Shown here: in pieces, positions 25,444-34,930 of the stretch
Position numbering within the stretch: position 1 is the first letter of the stretch
How the letters are laid out: every line of letters starts with the position of its first letter
NCBI GenBank assembly: GCA_964534665.1
Contig: CAZHRT010000001.1
Coordinates: forward strand, 605-64,604
DNA from: an uncultured Methanosarcinales archaeon
GTDB lineage: Archaea > Nanobdellota > Nanobdellia > Woesearchaeales > JAHJBD01
DNA: 64,000 nucleotides
Reading direction: 5' to 3'
Notes under the pieces: model-generated
What the model was told of the DNA's origin: nothing
What the model saw: the letters and a program-made list of their open reading frames with translations, nothing else
Databases searched by the model: none
Translations under genes and position numbers: made by a program

Positions 25444-26851
25444 CTTCACAACAGACGTTGTTATAGGACTTGAAATTCATGTTGAGTTAAATACAAACTC
25501 AAAAATGTTTTGTGGTTGTGCAAGATCAGGTGATAATACACCTAACAGCAGAACCTGCCCAGTTTGTCTAGGACATCCAGGATCAAAACCAGTATTAAAT
25601 AAAAAAGCAGTTGAATATGGAATTAAATTAGCACTCGCAACAAACTCAAAAATAGCTAAACAATTAGTTTTCAGTAGAAAATCATATTTCTATCCAGACA
25701 TGGCAAAAAATTATCAAATTTCACAATATGAATTGCCTTTAGCCCAAAAAGGTGAGATTAAACTTCCAAATGGTAAAATTATCAAACTAACAAGAATACA
25801 TCTAGAAGAAGACCCAGCTTCATTAACTCATCCTGGTGGCATGCAATCTTCCCCTTTTGTTTTAGTTGATTACAACAGGTCAGGAGACCCTTTAGCAGAA
25901 GTAGTAACTGAACCTGATATGACTTCTCCTCAAGAAGCAAGAGATTTTATGAGACAATTAATTACAATCCTTGAATATTTAGAAATATTTGATATTAACA
26001 ATTGCATAATTAAAGCAGACGCAAACATCTCAATTAAAGAATCTGGTTATATTAGATCTGAAATAAAAAATGTTACTGGATTTAAAGATATTGAACGTGC
26101 ATTAACATATGAATTACAAAGACAAAAAAAAGAAGTAGCAGAAGGAAAAAAACTAACTTTACAAACTCGTTCATGGGATTCAGAAACAGGAACAACTCAT
26201 TTACTAAGAACAAAAGAAACAGAAGCAGATTATGGTTATATAATCGATCCAGATCTTGTTCCAATTGATTTAACAAAAGAATGGATTGATGAAATAAATA
26301 AAACAATACCTGAACTTGCAGAAGCTAAACTTGAAAAGTTCACAAAAGAACATGGCCTTACAGAAGAAATGGCTAAAATTCTAAGTAAAGATAAAAAACT
26401 AGCTTTAATGTTTGAAGAAGTAGCAATTGCAGTTAATCCCGATTTAGCAGCTAAATGGATTAGAAGAGAACTTCCAAGAGTCTTAAACTACAACAAGAAA
26501 ACATTAGAAGATACAAAAATTGAAGCAATCCATCTAATTGATTTATTAAAATTAATTGAATCAAAAACAATAACTGAAAAAACAGGCCAAAGAATAATTG
26601 AAAAACTTGTTGAAAAAGTTTTTGATGTTAAACAATATGTAGAGAAAGAAGGTCTTGCAGCAGTATCAGATTCTGGAGAAATAGAAATATTCTGTAAAGA
26701 AGCAATCAAAGAAAACCAAAAAGCTGTTGAAGATATCAAAGCGGGTAATGACAAATCAATTAATTTCTTAGTAGGACAGGTAATGCGTAAATCAAAAGGT
26801 AAAGCAGTTCCAGGAGAAGTTCAAAAAATATTAAAAACGTTAATCAAGTGA
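25436..26851 (+). CDS. gatB: Asp/Glu-tRNA amidotransferase subunit B
   Basis: IGLEIHVELNT.SKMFCGC, CPVCLGHPG, LEEDPASL and a YqeY-like tail (NFLVGQVMRKSKGKA). Confidence 0.92.
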   Translation: MVNFTTDVVIGLEIHVELNTNSKMFCGCARSGDNTPNSRTCPVCLGHPGSKPVLNKKAVEYGIKLALATNSKIAKQLVFSRKSYFYPDMAKNYQISQYELPLAQKGEIKLPNGKIIKLTRIHLEEDPASLTHPGGMQSSPFVLVDYNRSGDPLAEVVTEPDMTSPQEARDFMRQLITILEYLEIFDINNCIIKADANISIKESGYIRSEIKNVTGFKDIERALTYELQRQKKEVAEGKKLTLQTRSWDSETGTTHLLRTKETEADYGYIIDPDLVPIDLTKEWIDEINKTIPELAEAKLEKFTKEHGLTEEMAKILSKDKKLALMFEEVAIAVNPDLAAKWIRRELPRVLNYNKKTLEDTKIEAIHLIDLLKLIESKTITEKTGQRIIEKLVEKVFDVKQYVEKEGLAAVSDSGEIEIFCKEAIKENQKAVEDIKAGNDKSINFLVGQVMRKSKGKAVPGEVQKILKTLIK

Positions 26852-28030
26852 TTTCAAATTTTCAATCAATCTTTTCTCAAAATCAGCAACTTTTTCACCT
26901 TCTGCTTTTTCAGAACTCAAAACATTCATAAATTCTTTTATTAACTTTTCTTCATCAGAACCAATTTTTATTTGTCCTAAATGTTCTTTAATTAATTTAT
27001 CTTCAGTTTCTTCAGCAGTTCCAGTATCAACATTAATCTGTTCAAATTCTTTAGATTGCAAAGCATTAGTATTTTTCATAACAAAATAAGCAGATTTATC
27101 ATAAAGTGCAGAAAAAATATCTTTAAAATTAATATCAGATACGTTTCCAGCTTCAAGAGTTCCAGCAACTCTAATTGTAACAATAGTATTAAAAAACTCT
27201 TTATTAGCTATATCATCCATAAGTTCTTTAGTAGTCTGTTCAGCAGATTTATGATTACAATCAATTGAAATGTGGTGTGTATTATATATCTGTACCGGTA
27301 TCCAATCTAATTTCCCATCATCATAAATGTAAAAACCTCCTTTACTTAACTTTTCTAGTTCTCTAAAATTATTAGGAAATAGCGGCCCAGGATATGCAAC
27401 AATACCATAATCATCTAACTTTTTATTCTCAACAAAATGTGGATGCCCACCAGCATAATAATCAAAATGTTTAGGTAATAAAGACATAGGTTGACTATCA
27501 ACTTTTTCAAGATCTTTTGGCTTTAATTCTGAAAGCAAAGAATGAAACATAAAAATCTTAAACCCTTCTTCTGATTCAATACTTCTATCAAGTTCTTCAT
27601 AAAAACTTTTTTCTAAACCGCCACGCTTCCCAAGCATCCCAGTAATCTTTGCACCAGTTTTAGGATCAATTGTAAATTTAAGTTTTAACTTTCCATCAAC
27701 TTCTTCGCCCTTAACAACGTTTTTAAACAAATCAGCATGTTCTAAAACATCTAACATGGTCTTCCCACTAGGAGAAAAATCATGACTTCCAGCAATAACA
27801 TAAACAGCAATGCCTTTATCTTTTAATTCCTTTAATTTCTTAGTTACTTCTTTAATAAATTCTATACCTGGTAAAGAAGTATTAAACAAATCCCCAGCTA
27901 TTAACACAAAATCAACTTTTTTCTCAATACATATATCAATTGCTTTAATAAAAGCTCTAGTACTAATATCTTTAAGCTTAGGATCCCTCCAAGAACCTAT
28001 ATGGCAATCAGCCAAGTGTGCAAATTTCAT
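26840..28030 (-). CDS. mre11: Mre11-type DNA repair metallophosphoesterase
   Basis: MKFAHLADCHIG, AGDLFN, IAGSHD and GGHPH are calcineurin-like nuclease motifs in Mre11 order. Confidence 0.85.
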   Translation of the reverse strand: MKFAHLADCHIGSWRDPKLKDISTRAFIKAIDICIEKKVDFVLIAGDLFNTSLPGIEFIKEVTKKLKELKDKGIAVYVIAGSHDFSPSGKTMLDVLEHADLFKNVVKGEEVDGKLKLKFTIDPKTGAKITGMLGKRGGLEKSFYEELDRSIESEEGFKIFMFHSLLSELKPKDLEKVDSQPMSLLPKHFDYYAGGHPHFVENKKLDDYGIVAYPGPLFPNNFRELEKLSKGGFYIYDDGKLDWIPVQIYNTHHISIDCNHKSAEQTTKELMDDIANKEFFNTIVTIRVAGTLEAGNVSDINFKDIFSALYDKSAYFVMKNTNALQSKEFEQINVDTGTAEETEDKLIKEHLGQIKIGSDEEKLIKEFMNVLSSEKAEGEKVADFEKRLIENLKSLD

Positions 28031-28062
28031 AATAAAAAAGAATGTTTACTTTTATTTAAAGA

Positions 28063-28479
28063 TTATCCAAATACCCAACTAGAAGTTGGTTTCCTTCTTC
28101 CACGTACGAGAGTAGTTTCTAAACTATTATTAACTCGTAATGCATATCGAGATGCCAATAACTCAAGTGTAAAGAATGCCTCATGATTTGTAACTGAATT
28201 ATTTTCAACACTTTTTGTTAATCTTCTTACATCATAGACATTATTTGATCTGTAATTATTGCAACCTAAGAAATACAAAGCATGCGCTTTTGCACTTGAC
28301 AAATGATCAGTAATATCCAAGCCATCCTTTTGAGCCATTTCCACAAGTTCGTCAGGAAATTTATGTTTTAATATACTCATCCTAGCACTATAATGCAAAC
28401 CATCTCTATCTGCTTGATATTCTCTCGTTAATCTTTGTACTTCAGAAATATAATCTACAATACCAACATCCCCTCTCAA
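28063..28479 (-). CDS. Hypothetical protein, 138 aa or longer, compositional outlier with no ATG start
   Basis: The first candidate start is a TTG at 28479. The frame stays open 32 more codons upstream (to 28575) without ATG or GTG, and there it encodes ..AVSDYCHDEGKIVN.., an HD-like dipeptide context. Possibly a gene fragment. Confidence 0.5.
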   Translation of the reverse strand: MRGDVGIVDYISEVQRLTREYQADRDGLHYSARMSILKHKFPDELVEMAQKDGLDITDHLSSAKAHALYFLGCNNYRSNNVYDVRRLTKSVENNSVTNHEAFFTLELLASRYALRVNNSLETTLVRGRRKPTSSWVFG

Positions 28480-28632
28480 TAATCTTGCAACATTATATCC
28501 TATAAGATTAACGATTTTCCCTTCATCATGACAATAGTCGCTTACTGCAATTTTAATAATATTAAGAAGAATTCCTTATTTAAGATTTATATTATTAATC
28601 ATATCTATTTTAATATCCACAACATTAGAAAG

Positions 28633-30156
28633 TCAACCAACAATCTCAGAGAAATCTTTCTTAACTTCATCCTTTTTACTTTCTTTTACAATATCCTCAA
28701 AAAGTGGAATTTTAATAGGCATTGCAAACTTTGAAAAATTAGAAGTTACAATTGCTTCCCCAACATCAAGTGAAGCAATGTTTCTATTATCTTCAGATAA
28801 ATCTTGAGCAGCGCTTTCAATAATCGCTTGCCTTTCAGGAGCCATCTCAATACCTAAGATTATCTTAGTATTCATATTAGCTAATATTTGTCTAGGAATT
28901 AATGAAGGCAATTGTGTTATAGCTGTTAATCCAACTTTAAACTTACGCCCTTCACGAGCAATAGTTGAAAAAATGTTAGGACCTTTTTCCAAGACCTCTT
29001 TTCCAAGAACTCTAGGTGCTTCTTCAAGTACAACAGAAACAACTGGTTTATCATTCAACTGTCCTTTAATCTTATACTGTTTATATTTTCTTAATATTTC
29101 AGTTGTAATCAAACTACCAATTAATATTTCAACAGCACCTGAAAAAGGTGATGTATCAATTATAACTGTCTTACTTTGTTCTAATTCTGAACAAATGTCA
29201 TGAATAGTAGTATCACCTGCATTCAAATCAAAAACACCATTACAAAACAACTGAGTTCCATCCCATTCAATATCTAATAAACTTAATATTCTTCTTTTTA
29301 CAACACCAATTGTCCCTTCATTAAATTTTAACCCTTCAAGTGGTTTATCCATTACAATTGATTCAATCCATTTTTTACCATATCGCTTATGATAAGCACC
29401 CAATGCTTCCTTTTGGGGTCCACTCCAATCTAAAACACCATTAAAATGTGCTGGCCTAATTAAATTAAGATTAATCTTTAAACTTCTACAACCTACTGGT
29501 GGATGATTTGCTGTATAATAAGACAATTTATCCTTTGCCTGTACATGATCTTTCAAACCTAATTTATTCCTCCCATAATATTCATCATGCGGGTCTAATA
29601 CTAATATACCACAATAGCTTTTATCCATAACATCCCATAACATACAATATGTTAAATTTGATTTTCCCCTACCAGTTGTTGCAGGAATCAATATATGATG
29701 CGAAAAAACTTTATCGCCTTGTAAAAAAATATCAACATCAAGCATTTTACTTCCACTCCTTAATTTACCCATAAATAAAGGATTAACTGGTTTTGTTAAA
29801 AACTTTAAATCTTCTTCAGTTACTTCTCTTACTGCAGAAAATACATCTGGCAACCCTTTTGATATCTTTACATTATCACTACTTAAAGTAATCAAACTTT
29901 TCAAATATGCTAAATTATAATTTCTAAGATTTGCATCAAAAAATTCAATTGGTGTACCTTCTTCAAGGTTCATACCAGATATCAATTCAAGATTTTGTTG
30001 TGATATTTGACTACCATATATTAGATCATAAGCTTGCATAAGCACTTTTCCACCCTTATTTTCAGCAACTAACAATTCACCAATCTCAATATTTTCTTGA
30101 GACTTTTCCCTCACTATAACCTTACCAAATTCACCAGAAATAACCTGACCTTTCAT
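28633..30156 (-). CDS. herA: HerA-type hexameric ATPase/helicase (DUF87)
   Basis: The N-terminal barrel is [20 protein letters not shown], Walker A is [10 protein letters not shown], the Walker B context is [12 protein letters not shown], and [13 protein letters not shown] is present. Confidence 0.85.
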   Translation of the reverse strand: MKGQVISGEFGKVIVREKSQENIEIGELLVAENKGGKVLMQAYDLIYGSQISQQNLELISGMNLEEGTPIEFFDANLRNYNLAYLKSLITLSSDNVKISKGLPDVFSAVREVTEEDLKFLTKPVNPLFMGKLRSGSKMLDVDIFLQGDKVFSHHILIPATTGRGKSNLTYCMLWDVMDKSYCGILVLDPHDEYYGRNKLGLKDHVQAKDKLSYYTANHPPVGCRSLKINLNLIRPAHFNGVLDWSGPQKEALGAYHKRYGKKWIESIVMDKPLEGLKFNEGTIGVVKRRILSLLDIEWDGTQLFCNGVFDLNAGDTTIHDICSELEQSKTVIIDTSPFSGAVEILIGSLITTEILRKYKQYKIKGQLNDKPVVSVVLEEAPRVLGKEVLEKGPNIFSTIAREGRKFKVGLTAITQLPSLIPRQILANMNTKIILGIEMAPERQAIIESAAQDLSEDNRNIASLDVGEAIVTSNFSKFAMPIKIPLFEDIVKESKKDEVKKDFSEIVG

Positions 30157-30315
30157 AACTTTTAATTAATGCAATATCCCTTATTAAGTTTATGATACCA
30201 GAGAAGTTATGTATAAGATTATTACCAACTCTAGCATTTCTGTTATATAATTTGGTTCACCGAAAAATATATAAACTTTGTAAAACCTAATTTACATTAG
30301 TTAAATGGTGGTTAA

Positions 30316-30945
30316 ATGATAAATGTACTGAAAAAGTTCTTTAATAAATTTAAAAGTCTGTTCAAAAAGAAAAAAGACGTAAAACTTGGTCTATATGGTC
30401 CTCCAAACGGCGGAAAAACTACTTTAGCTAATAAAATCTGTCAGGATTGGCTAGGTGAAGACATGGGTTCTGTATCAAATGTTGCTCACGAAACAAGAGA
30501 AATCCAAATAAAAGAACAAGTTCATATTGAAAAAAACGGAAAATCATTATCCTTTAACTTAGTTGACACACCAGGTATCGCAACAAAAATCGATTATGAA
30601 GAATTTCTTAAAGTAGGAATGAAGGAAAAAGAGGCAAAAGCAAGGGCTAAAGAAGCAACAAAAGGGGTTATAGATTCTATTAAATGGTTAGATGATATGG
30701 ATACAGTAATTGTTGTATTAGATGCAACAAAAGATGCTTACAGCCAAGTCAATATCACAATTATTGGAAATCTTCAAGCAAGAGATATTCCAGTTTTATT
30801 AATTGCAAATAAGATAGATTTAAAAAAGGCAAACATAAAGAAAATACAGGCAGCATTCCCACAATATGAAGTAATAGGTATTAGCGGGAAATATGGTAAA
30901 AACATAGATAAATTTTACGATGCTTTATTAAAATTAGCAGCATAA
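30316..30945 (+). CDS. Small GTPase (archaeal Era/Arf-like P-loop)
   Basis: G1 is GPPNGGKTT, G3 is LVDTPG and G4 is ANKIDL. Confidence 0.8.
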   Translation: MINVLKKFFNKFKSLFKKKKDVKLGLYGPPNGGKTTLANKICQDWLGEDMGSVSNVAHETREIQIKEQVHIEKNGKSLSFNLVDTPGIATKIDYEEFLKVGMKEKEAKARAKEATKGVIDSIKWLDDMDTVIVVLDATKDAYSQVNITIIGNLQARDIPVLLIANKIDLKKANIKKIQAAFPQYEVIGISGKYGKNIDKFYDALLKLAA

Positions 30946-30960
30946 AAAAAGAGGTGAAGA

Positions 30961-31356
30961 ATGTTAACTCTACAATTCGTACCTTACACAGAAATTGAGG
31001 ATCTGGGTCCGGCACGACGCGTAAAAAAGGTATTAGACATAGCAAAAGAAAACAAAATTGTACTTTTAGAAGGTAGGCTAAAAAAAGAAGAAGAAGCAGA
31101 CCTGATTGCAATTACAATGGAAGAAATTGATGATAAATTCAAAGGCATCGAACTTGCAGTAATTAACCCACAAAAAAAAGACTTAAATTTTTTTAAATCA
31201 ATTAAAGCAGGAATGATCAATCTTTTGCTTGGTGACAGACAAGGATTCACAATTATTGGGCCAGCAACAGTAGTTAAAGAAATCAAAAAAGACCCAGACA
31301 AAATTCAGCTTTATACCAAGGAAAATAAAGAAACTAAAAAAAGAAAGAAAAGGTAA
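30961..31356 (+). CDS. Conserved archaeal protein, DUF2073-like (recalled)
   Basis: Small acidic and basic protein immediately after the GTPase. As I recall, this gene order recurs in archaea. Confidence 0.5.
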   Translation: MLTLQFVPYTEIEDLGPARRVKKVLDIAKENKIVLLEGRLKKEEEADLIAITMEEIDDKFKGIELAVINPQKKDLNFFKSIKAGMINLLLGDRQGFTIIGPATVVKEIKKDPDKIQLYTKENKETKKRKKR

Positions 31357-31363
31357 AAAAACA

Positions 31364-31747
31364 ATGCCACACCAATGCGTCAGATGTAACACATTTTATG
31401 ATGATGGAGCTACAGAGATTATTAAAGGCTGCAATTGCGGTGGCAAACTCTTTTTCTATATTAAAAAAAGTAAGTTAGAAGAAACTAAAAAACTTCAAGA
31501 AGACATAAAACTTACTCCAAAAGATAAACAACAAATTGAAAAAGATGTTTTTGAACTTGTCGGAACCGATATAGATACAGATCAACCAGTAGTTTTAGAT
31601 ATTGAAGCTATACGTGTTCTTCAACCAGGCAAATACGAACTTGACCTTGTTCATCTATTCAAAAACGAACCTTTAATCTTCAAACTTGAAGAAGGAAAGT
31701 ATATGATAGACTTAGTTGAAAGTTTTAGTAAGTTTAAGAAAAAATAA
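31364..31747 (+). CDS. Zn-ribbon protein (DUF2072-like, recalled)
   Basis: CVRCNTFY...GCNCGG gives CxxC...CxC at the N-terminus. Third gene of the GTPase triad. Confidence 0.55.
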   Translation: MPHQCVRCNTFYDDGATEIIKGCNCGGKLFFYIKKSKLEETKKLQEDIKLTPKDKQQIEKDVFELVGTDIDTDQPVVLDIEAIRVLQPGKYELDLVHLFKNEPLIFKLEEGKYMIDLVESFSKFKKK

Positions 31748-31749
31748 TT

Positions 31750-32961
31750 CTATTTATCAGCAACAATCTCTACTATATCTCCAGATTTAAGAACATGTTC
31801 TTTTCCAACAGTCATCTTTGTCTTAACATCAATAGCTCTTATGAATTTATCACCAAAATCAGTATGCAACCTATAAGCAAAACCAAGAGCAGTAGTACCA
31901 GAAGGCATCAAAAAACAATCAGGAATAACATTGCCATGCTGATCTTCAAGCTTATTAACGCCACCAGGATATAACGGAATATAATTCAACACTTCAAAAA
32001 CAGCATTATCTAATACTTGTTGAACACCTGTGGAACCAAATTTAGTTAAGATATTTTCCTTGATATAACCTAAAGCACTTTTCTGCTTATCACTAAGTTT
32101 ACTTTCACCTTTCATCAAAAAATCATTTAATCCAGGAACATATTCAATCAATCCATGTTTAGCAGCTTCTCGTAAAGCAAGTTCGCTTTCAGCAGAGCAA
32201 GCAATCAACATATGATCGGGAAATTCATTTTCAATTCTAGTAAAATTCTCAATTGCCCCTGGAACATCTATTTTATTACATGCAATAATCATAGGTTTAG
32301 TAATTTTACGTAATTCCTGAGCTAACTTAAACAAAACATCTTTATCCCATGAAGCTAAACTAGAACTATCCAAACTAAGTTTATCAATAACTCCCTTAAC
32401 CATATCTTCATCAACACCTAATCCAGATAATTGTTTACCAACAGCTTTATGCACTTCACCATGAGTTTGTTGTACTTCACGAGCAAATTTATCCCACCCT
32501 TTCTTAATTATACCTAAATACCAATAATCAAGTTCTTCTTCTAAAAATCTAATATCCTCTGCAGGATCATACTCACCAGGATTTACAGGCTCACCTTTTT
32601 CATTTGTAGTTCCTGCAATATCAACAACATGTACTAAAACATCAGCTGGCCTTAAATCATCTAAAAACTGATTCCCCATACCTTTTCCTTCATGTGCACC
32701 AGGAACTAAACCAGCAACATCAATTAATTGAATAGGTGCAAATCTCTTATCTCCAACAACAAAACCATCTCTTGGATTACTAATCTTACCAAATTGTTTA
32801 GCAGGATCATCAACTTTAACATATCCAACACCAGAATTAGGTTTAATTGTAGCGAAAGGATAATTAGCAATTTCTACTTCAGCAAGAGTTGCAGCCTTAA
32901 AAAAAGTAGATTTTCCAACATTAGCTTTACCAACAACCCCTATTAACATCTTTATCCCCAA
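31750..32961 (-). CDS. Obg-family GTPase/ATPase (YchF/OLA1- or DRG-like) with a C-terminal TGS domain
   Basis: GVVGKANVGKSTFF, YPFATIKPN, DVAGLVPGAHEGKG and NKID, with a TGS-like end (GDIVEIV). Confidence 0.85.
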   Translation of the reverse strand: MGIKMLIGVVGKANVGKSTFFKAATLAEVEIANYPFATIKPNSGVGYVKVDDPAKQFGKISNPRDGFVVGDKRFAPIQLIDVAGLVPGAHEGKGMGNQFLDDLRPADVLVHVVDIAGTTNEKGEPVNPGEYDPAEDIRFLEEELDYWYLGIIKKGWDKFAREVQQTHGEVHKAVGKQLSGLGVDEDMVKGVIDKLSLDSSSLASWDKDVLFKLAQELRKITKPMIIACNKIDVPGAIENFTRIENEFPDHMLIACSAESELALREAAKHGLIEYVPGLNDFLMKGESKLSDKQKSALGYIKENILTKFGSTGVQQVLDNAVFEVLNYIPLYPGGVNKLEDQHGNVIPDCFLMPSGTTALGFAYRLHTDFGDKFIRAIDVKTKMTVGKEHVLKSGDIVEIVADK

Positions 32962-33049
32962 TTAATTATAATACAACGAAATTTAAAAAGCTTCCTAAAA
33001 TATGAAGTATATCGAAAATTATATAAAACACCAGAATTAATATCTAATC

Positions 33050-33688
33050 ATGCCAGCACCTGAAAGGCCAAAAGATATAGTTAGTATGGATGAATTAAGT
33101 ATTAAGTATTTCGATGTATTCCATCTTAAGAATTTATACATTTCAATGCACGAATGGCTAGCAGAAGAAGGTTGGTATGGTAAAGCTGGTCCAAGAACAG
33201 GTGAACCAAAATATAAGCGTCATAGTGACATAGAAACACTATACTTTGTTAACGATTATCAAAAAGGCCTTCATAGAGGCGGAAAAGAGATGTGGATATG
33301 GTGGCGTTTATGGAAAAATGTCGCTGGTAAACGTAGCGAATATTTCAAATACCGAATAGAACTTGATTTACATGTTGAATACATGACAACTAAAGAAGTT
33401 ATGCATCAAGGGAAAAAGATGAAAGCTAATTATGGTGAAATCCAATTATGGATTAGGCCTGTTATAGAATCAACAATGCATAATAAATGGGAAAAACATT
33501 GGTTCTTAAAACACTGGGTAGATTGGTTCGAAAAAAGAATATGGAGCCAAGAAATAGAGAAAATGGAAAAAGATTTATGGCGTGAATCTTATCGTTTCCA
33601 AGGTATGATTAAACGTTATCTTGATTTAAGAACTTTTATTCCAACACCTGAATCTTTCCATCCTAAACAGTTTGGTTGGGGACATTAA
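33050..33688 (+). CDS. Hypothetical Trp-rich protein, 212 aa
   Basis: 14 Trp in 212 residues (my count), clustered as MWIWWRLW and KWEKHWFLKHWVDWFEKRIW. No family recognised. Confidence 0.6.
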   Translation: MPAPERPKDIVSMDELSIKYFDVFHLKNLYISMHEWLAEEGWYGKAGPRTGEPKYKRHSDIETLYFVNDYQKGLHRGGKEMWIWWRLWKNVAGKRSEYFKYRIELDLHVEYMTTKEVMHQGKKMKANYGEIQLWIRPVIESTMHNKWEKHWFLKHWVDWFEKRIWSQEIEKMEKDLWRESYRFQGMIKRYLDLRTFIPTPESFHPKQFGWGH

Positions 33689-33716
33689 AAAAAGAATACA
33701 AAACATTTTAGTAATC

Positions 33717-33724
33717 TTTTTAAA
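33717..33724 (+). promoter_or_regulatory. Putative TATA box for tRNA-Thr
   Basis: TTTTTAAA lies 25-32 nt upstream of the tRNA 5' end. Confidence 0.4.
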
Positions 33725-33748
33725 CACATATTTAATTCTATAATTTAT

Positions 33749-33821
33749 GCCTCCGTAGCATAGTAGCTATTGCGTGGGATTTGTAATCCCAAGGTCGCGA
33801 GTGCAACTCTCGCCGGAGGCT
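33749..33821 (+). tRNA. tRNA-Thr (anticodon UGU), intron-less, with atypical D and T loops
   Basis: Folded by hand: acceptor GCCTCCG/CGGAGGC, anticodon arm TGGGA-TTTGTAA-TCCCA, variable AGGTC, T arm GCGAG-TGCAACT-CTCGC. 73 nt, with no encoded CCA. Confidence 0.8.
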
Positions 33822-33913
33822 CTCTTTTTTCTTTCGAGTTTAACGAGAAAGCTTTTGAGGGTTGATACAGGGCAAACTGCCCTTATTGCTGGCTCCGCCG
33901 GAGGCTCTCTTTT
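33822..33913 (+). other. tRNA-trailing two-hairpin element ending in an exact 18-nt repeat of the tRNA 3' end
   Basis: CGCCGGAGGCTCTCTTTT occurs at 33811-33828 and again at 33896-33913. Hairpin 1 is CTTTC/GAAAG with loop GAGTTTAACGA (33831-33851). Hairpin 2 is AGGGCA/TGCCCT (33869-33883). Confidence 0.7.
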
Positions 33914-33950
33914 CACAAATTTTAAATAAACATCAATTCTGAATAAATAT

Positions 33951-34265
33951 ATGAAAAAAGGTGTATGTGTTCTTTGTGGATATGTATTTTACTTATTATT
34001 TCTCTTCTTAATACCAATATTCACAATATGCACAGATTGTGCAACTGAAAAAAACCAATTATTGGTAAAAGATATTACAACAAAACCTGGAAATAACCTA
34101 ACTTTAGATTATTCAGCTTATAATCAAGATTCTAATCCAAAAGTAAATTGTAAAAATCTAAGAATTACAGAAAATAAAATACCAAATAACACTAAAACAG
34201 GTAAATACAATTGCACATTATCAATTGACAACCTAAAAAAAGATTTCTTTATTACAGTAAAGTAA
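33951..34265 (+). CDS. Small secreted or membrane-anchored protein
   Basis: An N-terminal hydrophobic segment is followed by an Asn/Thr/Lys-rich, beta-like domain. Confidence 0.5.
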   Translation: MKKGVCVLCGYVFYLLFLFLIPIFTICTDCATEKNQLLVKDITTKPGNNLTLDYSAYNQDSNPKVNCKNLRITENKIPNNTKTGKYNCTLSIDNLKKDFFITVK

Positions 34266-34306
34266 ACTTTTTAAACAATCATCCTATCCTAAAACCTGGT
34301 GATAAA

Positions 34307-34930
34307 ATGAATATAATATTTTTAGGCCCGCCAGGAGCAGGCAAAGGAACAATAGCACAACAAATTGTAAATGATTTAAATATTCCACAAATCTCAACAG
34401 GAGATTTATTAAGAGCAGCTGTTAAAGAAGGAACAGAATTAGGTATGAAAGCTAAAGAATACATGGATTCTGGTCAATTAGTACCAGATGATTTAGTAAT
34501 TAACATGCTTAAAGAAAGAATTAAAAAAAATGATTGTCAAAACGGATTTATTCTTGATGGTTTTCCAAGAACAATTCCTCAAGCAGAAGCTTTAGATCAA
34601 GCCGGAATTAAGATTGATAAAACAATTAACTTTCAAGTTTCAGATGAATTAGTTATCCATAGAATTACTGGTAGACGTACTTCAAAAGAAACAGGTAAAA
34701 TCTACAATATCTATCCAGATTGTGCCCCTAATCCACCAAAAGGACATCCAGAAGAAGATTTGCTTCAAAGAGATGATGATAATGAAGAAGTTGTCAACAA
34801 AAGGTTAATACAATATCGTGAACAAACAGAACCTTTGATTGGATTCTATAAAGAAAAGGGTTTGTTAGTAGATATTAATGCGACAGAACCTCTTGATAAG
34901 ATTGTTACTGCAGTAAAAGACAATATTTAA
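34307..34930 (+). CDS. adk: Adenylate kinase
   Basis: The P-loop is [13 protein letters not shown], with ISTGDLLR and [10 protein letters not shown]. The LID lacks the Cys4 zinc site. Confidence 0.93.
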   Translation: MNIIFLGPPGAGKGTIAQQIVNDLNIPQISTGDLLRAAVKEGTELGMKAKEYMDSGQLVPDDLVINMLKERIKKNDCQNGFILDGFPRTIPQAEALDQAGIKIDKTINFQVSDELVIHRITGRRTSKETGKIYNIYPDCAPNPPKGHPEEDLLQRDDDNEEVVNKRLIQYREQTEPLIGFYKEKGLLVDINATEPLDKIVTAVKDNI

